DNA of 38,443 nt from an uncultured Candidatus Saccharibacteria bacterium. GTDB taxonomy: Bacteria; Patescibacteriota; Minisyncoccia; Minisyncoccales; GWA2-38-27. Below, piece by piece: positions 23,677 to 30,738 of the stretch; within the stretch, counting starts at the first letter, position 1; each line of letters begins with the position of its first letter. The notes beneath the pieces were generated by a model. That model saw only the letters and a program-made list of their open reading frames with translations, did not search any database and had not been told where the DNA came from. Location of the stretch: positions 288 through 38,730 of the forward strand of contig CAZNBW010000002.1 of assembly GCA_964571585.1 (NCBI GenBank). The letters are read 5' to 3'. The translations under genes and the position numbers were made by a program.

Positions 23677-24729
23677 ATGAAAATCAGAGTTGCTATAGTC
23701 GGCGTGGGAAATTGTGCCAGTTCATTTCTTCAAGGTATTGAATATTATAAAAATGTTGATGAAAATTCTCCTCCGGTGCCGGGATTGATGCACAGTAATC
23801 TTGGAGGATATCTTATTCGCGACATTGAAGTTGTCGCAGCTTTTGATGTAAACAGTAACAAAATTGGCAAGGACATTTCCGAATCCATTTGGATGTCACC
23901 GACGAATTCTCGTAAATTTGCCGATGTTCCAAATAAGAGCATTTTTGTAAGCGCGGGTTTTCTTGGAGACGGGATTGCTCCTCATATGCAGAGCTACTTT
24001 CCACTTCGTGAAGATCCGAAACGTGTCGTTGAGGTAATAAAAAACAGCGGGACAGAAATATTAATTTCATTTCTTCCCGTTGGGTCACAAAAAGCAACTC
24101 GGTTCTATGCTCAGGCTTGTCTTGACTCTAAAGTAGCTTTTATCAATGGCGTTCCAGAGTTTATCGCATCCGATTATGAATGGGCGGAGAAATTTAAACA
24201 AGCAGGAATTCCGTGTGCGGGTGATGATATTCAAAGCCAGGTTGGTGCAACCATTCTTCATCGTGTGCTTGTGAGTCTTGTGCGTGAACGCGGACAGACA
24301 ATAGAAAACTCGTATCAACTTGATATTGGCGGTAATATGGATTTCGATAATCTGACGGACCGTCAGAGGCTTACCTCAAAAAAAATTTCAAAGACCGGTC
24401 CGATTATCTTTGAAGCAGGCACAAAAGATGTTAAGGTTGTTCCGGCGGATTATATTCCCTTTCTTGCCGATAACAAAATTGCTTACATTAATATTAAAGG
24501 AAGACAATTTGGCGATTTTCCTTTTGAAATTGAGCTTAAGATGTCAGTTGAAGACTCTCCAAACAATGCCGGAGTTATGGTTGATGCGGTCCGTGCCATG
24601 AAGCTTTCTCTCGACAGAGGGCTTAGTGGATATCAGGATTGGAGCGCATACTTTTTCAAGCACCCCCTTCATCTTCTTCCATTAGTAAAAGCAAGAAGTG
24701 TAGTAGAAGGTTTTATTAATGGTAAGTAA
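23677..24729 (+). CDS. ino1: myo-Inositol-1-phosphate (inositol-3-phosphate) synthase, short bacterial/archaeal type
   Basis: 350 aa. Colinear with the mycobacterial Ino1 as I recall it: IRVAIVGVGNCASSFLQGIEYY, PGLMH, LPVGS..ATRFYAQACLD..VAFINGVPEFIAS, GDDIQSQVGATILHRVL, GGNMDF.N..DR.RL.SKKISKT, DSPNNAGVMVDAVRA. RBS aaAGGAGatagtatc-ATG. Confidence 0.9.
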   Translation: MKIRVAIVGVGNCASSFLQGIEYYKNVDENSPPVPGLMHSNLGGYLIRDIEVVAAFDVNSNKIGKDISESIWMSPTNSRKFADVPNKSIFVSAGFLGDGIAPHMQSYFPLREDPKRVVEVIKNSGTEILISFLPVGSQKATRFYAQACLDSKVAFINGVPEFIASDYEWAEKFKQAGIPCAGDDIQSQVGATILHRVLVSLVRERGQTIENSYQLDIGGNMDFDNLTDRQRLTSKKISKTGPIIFEAGTKDVKVVPADYIPFLADNKIAYINIKGRQFGDFPFEIELKMSVEDSPNNAGVMVDAVRAMKLSLDRGLSGYQDWSAYFFKHPLHLLPLVKARSVVEGFINGK

Positions 24730-24743
24730 CAAAAAAGTTCATG

Positions 24744-24786
24744 AAAAAAAGGGTAATCACATAAATGTGGTTACCCTTTTTTATTT
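24744..24786. terminator. Bidirectional terminator between convergent ino1 and the minus-strand operon
   Basis: 11-bp stem gggtaatcaca / tgtggttaccc (one G-U), loop taaa, A7 upstream and T6 downstream. Confidence 0.75.
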
Positions 24787-24791
24787 GTTCC

Positions 24792-25466
24792 CTACATGAG
24801 TTTAATTGAATGGTTTGGATTAACTAAATTTACTTGATTTTCTAGTACAATAGTCAGTGGTTCTGTTCCGTAGTTAGTAAGTGTCTGTTTCTCAATATAT
24901 CCGCCAGATTTTTCTGGGATGGCGATGATATCTCTGTTTAGGGTTTTAGAAAGTTTTTGTACTATTTTTTCATCAGAGGTTTTGTAATGGCATGCGATTG
25001 AGAATCCTTTAATGATTTTGAGTCCTACTGCCTCTGAAGAGGTGAGGTTTTTTGCCTCTGTTGTAGTGCGTATGTCTTCGCCGAGAATGATAGCTCCAGC
25101 GCTACCACCATAAAGCGGTATACCCCTTTGAGCCGCTTCACGAAGATAATTCTCAAAACCTGATTCGCGGATTTCTTTAAGAAGTTTTATCGTGTTGCCT
25201 CCGCCGATGTATACACCAGCAATATTGTTTACTTTATGGCGTGGATTAAGATCTTCCCACATTTCAATGGTCACAACGCCGAGTGGAGTCATGGATGAGC
25301 GAAACCATTTTAAGCAAGATTGGTACGGTTTAGAACGTATAGCGTTCGGAATATATACAAGAGGTTTTGCAAGGTTCAGTTTTTTAACGAATTGTTCGTC
25401 AAGAAGCTTCGAGTCTTTCTCGTCTCCACCTCCTGCCAGAAAAATATGTGTAGTTTTTCTATTCAT
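24792..25466 (-). CDS. Peptidase S51 (dipeptidase E/cyanophycinase-like, class I GATase-like fold) family protein
   Basis: ..HIFLAGGG.., VYIGGGNT, PLYGGSAGAIILG (nucleophile-elbow Ser). I prefer the ATG at 25466 (AAGGAG 6 nt upstream; ATGA overlap with the upstream stop) to the track start at 25490. Confidence 0.75.
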   Translation of the reverse strand: MNRKTTHIFLAGGGDEKDSKLLDEQFVKKLNLAKPLVYIPNAIRSKPYQSCLKWFRSSMTPLGVVTIEMWEDLNPRHKVNNIAGVYIGGGNTIKLLKEIRESGFENYLREAAQRGIPLYGGSAGAIILGEDIRTTTEAKNLTSSEAVGLKIIKGFSIACHYKTSDEKIVQKLSKTLNRDIIAIPEKSGGYIEKQTLTNYGTEPLTIVLENQVNLVNPNHSIKLM

Positions 25467-26638
25467 TTTATTCTCCTTTTGATTTTCCATACCCGTGTTA
25501 TGGGAATAACTTTTTTCTTTATTGCTTTACGTAGAAATTCTTCGTGACTTTGTTCAAATGATTCATCAATTCTCAAGACACGGTTGGCTTCAAGATTAAA
25601 ATCCCGATTTACTTCTCGCCAAATCACAGAATACGTATGTTCTTGTGATACTATGAGATCTGTAAAGGATGACCATTGTTTATGGTAATAACGTACGAGC
25701 TCATAGAGATTAAGACATTGTGCTTCTTCCATAATTAATCTAATCATGGTGCGGAGTTTTGATCCTTGATTTTTGTGATTAGGCACAACATCGGATCCTG
25801 CCATTAGTGTCGCCGTCCGGATTGCATCAAGTGTCACTCTTTTATGTATTATAACACACGAGAGCGGCCCGATGCTATCAAAATAGGAAGGGGACTTGTT
25901 TATAGCCCATATAAGACGTTCAAATCCTACGCCGATATCGCTCAAAGTTGCTACGGTATTGAATGGTTGAGGTATGTTGAAGAAGAAATTCGCAACACCA
26001 ATTTCCAGTCCGCCGTAGTTTATTTTGATCATCTCTGATGTTACTATGCGCCCGGTCCAATCATTATCGGCACGTTTAACCTTAAGACAAAGACCACTAA
26101 CATAAAGACCAAGATTTGAGAATAAATTTAACCAATGGTCTAGCGTGTTGAAATGGTCTTTTATCGTGGCATTCCAACATTCTGTTGCGCTATGTATGAA
26201 CGATGTGGAAGCACCATCAATCGTATCAACGAAGTCGATACCTTGCAATCGGATAACTGGTTGAAGCATTGAACATTGTTGTTGGTCGTCCTTTAAAGAT
26301 TTGCCATAGATTAGATCATCATAGATTTGACCAGCAGTGCTCGCGAAGAGAGTCCGTTCGTCGTTGCGAATAATTGCAATGGGTGTTTCTAGTTGATATC
26401 CTTGCGCAGGAAAGAATTTACGGAAAATTTCTGCGCATTCTTTTAGTTCAAGATATAACCTGGGGGCAGGAATATTAAGAAATTGGTAGCTGTTCGCACA
26501 ACTATATGAACCACAATGTGGTAAATCTCGTTTTGTGTAGTATTCCTCAAAACAAACGGGACACCGTTTTAGTTGCCAGTTTCGGCTGGCGAAAAAGTCA
26601 TTGCGTGCGGCGATTATAACGGAATATAGTTCTTTCAT
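25463..26638 (-). CDS. Stand-alone alanyl-tRNA-synthetase catalytic-core paralogue with N-terminal Cys4 zinc-ribbon-like segment; no editing or C-Ala domains
   Basis: Colinear with the E. coli AlaRS N-terminal domain as I recall it. FRKFFPAQGYQLETPIAIIRNDERTLFASTAGQIYDDLIYG vs [41 protein letters not shown]. QPVIR vs QRCVR. LEIGVANFFFN vs IEIWNIVFMQFN. LSDIGVGFERLIWAI vs SVDTGMGLERIAAVL. LDAIRTATLMAGSDVVPNHKNQGSKLRTMIRLI vs [35 protein letters not shown]. N-terminus has CPVC..x14..HCGSYSC. The ATG at 26638 has AAGGAG 8 nt upstream; the track start is a TTG at 26656. Confidence 0.75.
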   Translation of the reverse strand: MKELYSVIIAARNDFFASRNWQLKRCPVCFEEYYTKRDLPHCGSYSCANSYQFLNIPAPRLYLELKECAEIFRKFFPAQGYQLETPIAIIRNDERTLFASTAGQIYDDLIYGKSLKDDQQQCSMLQPVIRLQGIDFVDTIDGASTSFIHSATECWNATIKDHFNTLDHWLNLFSNLGLYVSGLCLKVKRADNDWTGRIVTSEMIKINYGGLEIGVANFFFNIPQPFNTVATLSDIGVGFERLIWAINKSPSYFDSIGPLSCVIIHKRVTLDAIRTATLMAGSDVVPNHKNQGSKLRTMIRLIMEEAQCLNLYELVRYYHKQWSSFTDLIVSQEHTYSVIWREVNRDFNLEANRVLRIDESFEQSHEEFLRKAIKKKVIPITRVWKIKRRIK

Positions 26639-26652
26639 TTTACATTCTCCTT

Positions 26653-27876
26653 TCAATAAAGCTTGATGGTTTTTGTCAGTAATTCTTCTGTAATTTTTGG
26701 AATTCGTTCCAGCTCTTCTTTTGTTATCCGCATAATAGTTTTCTCGTCGTATTTATTAGCGATGCGGACAATTGTTTGCCATGGTTTAGTTAGCAGTTGA
26801 CCGGCTTGGCTAATTAGCAATACTTCGCAAGCGCTTTGTGTCTCTTGGTAGATTCGTTTCGCTATTTTATGCGCTGCAACATTGTATAACTTGCCAGTAT
26901 AATATTTTGGATTTTTACCACACGCACCTTCAAGATTTATCGGCCTAAGTGGCGTAATTAGACCATTGATCCGATTGCCGCGGCCGACAATTCCTTCATC
27001 ACCGGACTCAATTGATGAACCTATGGCAGTAAGGTATACATCGTTTCGTGTAAAATCATCTCTTGTATTAAGCCAAAGAGTTATTTCTGTCTCGGGGAGA
27101 AGTACACTTAGTCTGTTTTCAATCAATACTCTTGTCTCTGCGAGATTTTCTCGATAAACATCAATCGATTGAACATATTGGGCAATCTGTGGTAAACAGA
27201 TGGTTATTCCGCATTGATGCCCGATTTTTGTTGCCATGATCTTTATATCGGTTCCGAGCCAAGGATATTTTTGTTTAGTGAGGACGGAATTAAGTTCTTC
27301 TTCAATCTTGAGTACCATTTGTTCAAGTGGAGATAGTGGAGCATATCCACATCCTATAGAAGTATCATTATTGAGAAGACGGTCGTATCCTTTCACTTCA
27401 CTGATATTTCGTGGTGTAAAAAGATGAGCACGAGAACCAGTGCTCTGCTTAGTTTTTCCGGGGCCGCTTGCGCTACTAACAAACCAGTGTGTCTTTATAT
27501 CTTGTTTAGAATTGATAAGGTCTCCGAACATTTTGGAAAAAAAGTTCCTGGTTTCTAGTTCAAGCAGGTCGCGCACGGGAATTTTTTCATTAGCAAAAGA
27601 TACCGAAGCGCGACCGTTGAGAATTACTCGAATAGGACTTGTAATTTTTCCTTTGCCGAAATCAACTTCCGTAGTGCCACCAAGCACCGATACTTTGTCG
27701 AAGTTATGGTGCATTATAGCTCCGAAATGATTCTGTGTATAACGTGAGTACGCCACAGATAAGTTTTCAGCTAATGCATCAGCGATAGTATCGGGATGTC
27801 CAATGCCTTTTCGTTCAATAACTTCAATTTTTAGTTCGTCTAATTGAGGGGTGTGTATTATATTCAGACTTTTCAT
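26653..27876 (-). CDS. Archaeal-type S-adenosylmethionine synthetase (MAT, AdoMet_Synthase family) homologue, divergent
   Basis: 407 aa. VIERKGIGHPDTIAD, HHNFDKVSVLGG, NDTSIGCGYAPLSPLEQMVL, GTDIKIM, VYLTAIGSSIESGDEGIVGRGNRINGLITPLRPINLEGACGKNP..GKLYNVAAHKIA are colinear with the M. jannaschii-type MAT as I recall it. There is a distinct insert (SSASGPGKTKQSTGSRAHLFTPRNISEVKGYDRL) where the archaeal enzyme has IGQGS.DL. RBS aAAGGAGaaaaa-ATG. Confidence 0.8.
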   Translation of the reverse strand: MKSLNIIHTPQLDELKIEVIERKGIGHPDTIADALAENLSVAYSRYTQNHFGAIMHHNFDKVSVLGGTTEVDFGKGKITSPIRVILNGRASVSFANEKIPVRDLLELETRNFFSKMFGDLINSKQDIKTHWFVSSASGPGKTKQSTGSRAHLFTPRNISEVKGYDRLLNNDTSIGCGYAPLSPLEQMVLKIEEELNSVLTKQKYPWLGTDIKIMATKIGHQCGITICLPQIAQYVQSIDVYRENLAETRVLIENRLSVLLPETEITLWLNTRDDFTRNDVYLTAIGSSIESGDEGIVGRGNRINGLITPLRPINLEGACGKNPKYYTGKLYNVAAHKIAKRIYQETQSACEVLLISQAGQLLTKPWQTIVRIANKYDEKTIMRITKEELERIPKITEELLTKTIKLY

Positions 27877-28048
27877 TTTTTCTCCTTTTGAACATAGATT
27901 TAATTTTCAATGAACTTTTTGTTCTTTAAGATTATCCCAAAGAATATAATAGTTTAACACTTATATGTTTTTTTGTAAAGCAATTTTAAGTAATTTATTC
28001 TTAGGCAAGCTTTTATTCTGAGACCGTTTTCAAGGTATAATTAAGCAG

Positions 28049-28318
28049 TATGAAATTAAAGATTAATCCATATAACAAAAAGGTTAAAAAAGTTTCAAAA
28101 AGAAAAAGACAGAATATTAAAAGCTATTGGCAATTTTGAAATTCATCATATTGGAAGTACAGCGGTGCCTGGTTTAGGGGGTAAGGGAACTGTAGATATA
28201 TTAATTGGCGTAGATAATTGGAAACAAACAAAGGAAACTATCGAGAAATTAAAAAAGATTGGCTTTTTTCACTTTCATCCAAAAGAAAAAGGCAGAATGT
28301 TATTTTGTGTAAAGCCAG
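28049..28318 (+). pseudogene. GrpB/UPF0157-family gene remnant, frameshifted and 3'-truncated
   Basis: ATG at 28049 gives MKLKINPYNKK.. and then hits a stop. The family-typical ..KFQKEKDRILKAIGNFEIHHIGSTAVPGLGGKGTVDILIGVDNW.. continues in another frame after the A-runs at ~28075-28095. Homology ends after ..HFHPKEKGRMLF where the hairpin repeat begins, so roughly half of a normal GrpB protein is missing. Confidence 0.7.
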
Positions 28319-28354
28319 TTATTTTGTGTGAAGCCAGGCTTCACACAAGTTTTT
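28299..28354 (+). repeat. Hairpin repeat family, copy A (partial 5' half plus full palindrome)
   Basis: gttattttgtgtaaagccag followed by ttattttgtgtgaagcc-a-ggcttcacacaa + gttttt. The 12-bp perfect stem spans 28324-28348. Related to the copy at 28989-29020. Confidence 0.8.
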
Positions 28355-28363
28355 AATTGTTAG

Positions 28364-28945
28364 TTATTTTCTAGATAAAACAAAAATCCAGTTCATTTCA
28401 CTGAAAGAAAATACTTCATAGTACAATATATTAAAGCCAGTATTATTTAAATAATTCTTTAACTCCCTTTTTTTAAACATAGAGAAAATTCTAGTATCAT
28501 TTTTATTCTTTTTTCTATTCTGATTTTCCGGGACTATTATCGCGAGGATGCCGTTTTTCTTTAATATTCTCCTAAAATCCAAAAGTGTGTTTGGTAAATC
28601 AGATTTATCAATATGAGTAAATGCAGAAGAACACCATATACCGTCGAATGATTTTTCATTGAACTTTAAATCAAGAAAGTCTGCTATTTCGAATTTTCCT
28701 TTACGATTTTTCTTGGCGAAATCTACCATTTTTTTTGATAAGTCAATTCCCAAACAATCTAATCCTTTTTTTGTTAAATAATCAGTATCATGACCAGAAC
28801 CACAGGCAATGTCAAGAACTTTTTTCCCTGGAAGTAATTTGATGAATCTATTAATTTTATCCCCTAAAACAACAGAACCATTTTTAGTATATTCTTTAAT
28901 ATATTTATCGTAAAATTCTATAGTTTTTTTTGTATATTGTTTCAT
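28364..28945 (-). CDS. Class I SAM-dependent methyltransferase
   Basis: Motif I VLDIACGSGHDTDYL, DLSKKM, FDGIWCSSAFTHI. AT-rich, with no RBS upstream, unlike its neighbours in this segment. Confidence 0.8.
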   Translation of the reverse strand: MKQYTKKTIEFYDKYIKEYTKNGSVVLGDKINRFIKLLPGKKVLDIACGSGHDTDYLTKKGLDCLGIDLSKKMVDFAKKNRKGKFEIADFLDLKFNEKSFDGIWCSSAFTHIDKSDLPNTLLDFRRILKKNGILAIIVPENQNRKKNKNDTRIFSMFKKRELKNYLNNTGFNILYYEVFSFSEMNWIFVLSRK

Positions 28946-28988
28946 CTATTTTTATTTATTATAACATGGTAAAAATAAAAAGAGCAGT

Positions 28989-29045
28989 TGTTATTTTGTG
29001 TAAAGCCAGGCTTTACACAAATCTTGTGCTTGCCTTGGGCAAGTC
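28989..29045 (+). repeat. Hairpin repeat family, copy B, plus a terminator-like hairpin
   Basis: gttattttgtgtaaagcc-a-ggctttacacaa (stem 28996-29020), then cttgcc-ttg-ggcaag + tctttt (29029-29049). The latter resembles the cttgcc-tca-ggcaag+T5 at the end of the 184-bp repeat; a partial copy (ctcgggcaagttttt) lies at ~22781-22795. Confidence 0.8.
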
Positions 29046-29229
29046 TTTTGTTTTTGGGTTGTTTTTGTTTTAAGGATATTTAAGGATATTTTTTACGGCA
29101 CAATATTAGGAGGCGACGCTTCCTAAGTCTTGCCTCCTAATTTCTATGTAATAAGCCGGGCTTATCACATAGATTAAACCAGGCTTAGCGCGAATCTTAT
29201 GCTTGCCTCAGGCAAGTTTTTGTTTTAAG
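29046..29229 (+). repeat. 184-bp direct repeat, copy 2 (identical to 23215..23398)
   Basis: See copy 1. After copy 1 there is a 12-nt insert (ctcatttttaag) before the shared gcgg. The motif aagggaaacagaaaaa recurs downstream of both copies (about 23505 and 29259). Confidence 0.9.
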
Positions 29230-29349
29230 GCGGAATGTTTTAGGTCAGAATTAGATTAAAGGGAAACAGAAAAATAAATAACTTTGTTTTATAACGAAAT
29301 CCATATATAATAGATATATAGGAATAAGAAGCAAAGCGCGGAAAAGGTA

Positions 29350-29377
29350 TTGCCAAAATATATATTTATGGTATAAT
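29350..29377 (+). promoter_or_regulatory. Promoter TTGCCA-16 nt-TGgTATAAT
   Basis: TTGCCA at 29350-29355, TG at 29369-29370, TATAAT at 29372-29377, 23 nt before the coaC ATG. Confidence 0.5.
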
Positions 29378-29400
29378 AAAGTATAATTTAAATAAAAGCC

Positions 29401-29949
29401 ATGAAAAACAAAAAAGTTTTAATAGGCGTAACAGCAGGAATAGCTATATATAAAGCATGTAGTTTGGTTCGGATGTTTATCAAAAATGGTGCTGAGGTTA
29501 AAGTAGTAATGACTGATTCTGCTACTAAGTTTATCTCTCCCATTGTATTCCAGTCTTTATCTGGGAATACGGTTTATGTAGAAATGTTTAAACCAATTAG
29601 GGAGAATGCAGTTAATCATATTAATCTAGCTACTTGGTGTGATATATTTATTTTAGCACCAGCTAGCGCAAATACTATTGGGAAGATAGTTAATGGTATT
29701 GCTGATAATCTTTTAACCACCACAATTATGGCCTTGCCTAAAGATAAACCAGTTGTTATCGCTCCTGCCATGAATACAAATATGTGGGAGAATGAATTTG
29801 TTAAGAAAAATATGGACATTATTAAAAATGTAGATAATTACTATTTAATTGAACCAGAAACTGGTTTATTGGCAGAAGGACATGAGGGAAAAGGAATCTT
29901 AGCTGATATTACTAAGATATTCGATAAATCAAAAGAACTTATAAAATAA
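29401..29949 (+). CDS. coaC: Phosphopantothenoylcysteine decarboxylase (flavoprotein, CoaC-type)
   Basis: KKVLIGVTAGIAIYKACSLVR, ..VVMTDSATKFISP.., APASANTIGKIVNGIADNLLTTT, APAMN..MW. Confidence 0.85.
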   Translation: MKNKKVLIGVTAGIAIYKACSLVRMFIKNGAEVKVVMTDSATKFISPIVFQSLSGNTVYVEMFKPIRENAVNHINLATWCDIFILAPASANTIGKIVNGIADNLLTTTIMALPKDKPVVIAPAMNTNMWENEFVKKNMDIIKNVDNYYLIEPETGLLAEGHEGKGILADITKIFDKSKELIK

Positions 29950-29952
29950 AAA

Positions 29953-30738
29953 ATGTATCAAAATCAAGAATACAATTTAAATGAATTCTTGCAAGAAACA
30001 AGATATTGCGATTGCAGCGAACCAATAATTAAAAGTTTGGCCCATGAATTGACTAAGCATTGTTCTTCGGACACAGAAAAAGCTGTAGTTTTATTTGAAT
30101 ATGTTCGCGATAATATTTTATATGGATTCGGAGAATGGGGTAAAAAAGCATCTACTATTTTAGCGGAGAGAAAGGGAATGTGTACAAATAGTGCGAATTT
30201 GTTGATCGCTCTTCTCAGGGCAATTGGAATACCAAGCGGTTATGGAATTATGAGAGTTGATACCAGAGAATACTTTGGTCCTATTATGCTCCCCATGTTT
30301 AAAGATTTAGTTTCTGAGCAATCCGTACATATATATACGTATGTTTATCTTGGTGGTAGATGGGTGAAATGTGATCCTTCTGTAGACAAAGTTTTTTCAG
30401 AAAAAACCAGTTATTTTAGTCCTACAACAGAGTTGTTGATGTGGAACGGGTTAAATGATAGGGTTGATAATATAGATACTGAATATATATACAGCGATTC
30501 AGGCCCTTTTTCAAATATCGACGATAAACTCGACAAAAAACCTAGAAGTAGCACCAAAAATGCCATTAAAATAGGTAATCTATACTTAGATTTTTTAAGA
30601 GAAAATACTGTAAAAATTGACAATACAGAACAGTTGCAACCGATGTTCTTGTCTTGGCTAAAAAATAGATATCCTATTTCTTACATGTCTTTTTTACCAA
30701 TAATCAAATTCAAATCTCTTGTCAGAAAAACTTCTTAA
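29953..30738 (+). CDS. Transglutaminase-like cysteine peptidase superfamily protein
   Basis: Core KGMCTNSANLLIALLRAIGIPSGYG (Cys), HIYTYVYLGGRWVKCDPS (His/Asp). Confidence 0.75.
   Translation: MYQNQEYNLNEFLQETRYCDCSEPIIKSLAHELTKHCSSDTEKAVVLFEYVRDNILYGFGEWGKKASTILAERKGMCTNSANLLIALLRAIGIPSGYGIMRVDTREYFGPIMLPMFKDLVSEQSVHIYTYVYLGGRWVKCDPSVDKVFSEKTSYFSPTTELLMWNGLNDRVDNIDTEYIYSDSGPFSNIDDKLDKKPRSSTKNAIKIGNLYLDFLRENTVKIDNTEQLQPMFLSWLKNRYPISYMSFLPIIKFKSLVRKTS

Noticed and set aside
28299-28354. The hairpin next to the methyltransferase as an integron attC site
   Set aside because: The sequence does not fit the RYYYAAC/GTTRRRY core sites (gttattt fails the purine positions), and no intI or attI is present.
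23215-29229. The repeat-bracketed segment as a composite transposon, IS element or prophage
   Set aside because: The repeats are direct, not inverted. No transposase, integrase, recombinase or phage structural gene is present, and I can see no target-site duplication. It is kept only as a recombination or integration hypothesis.
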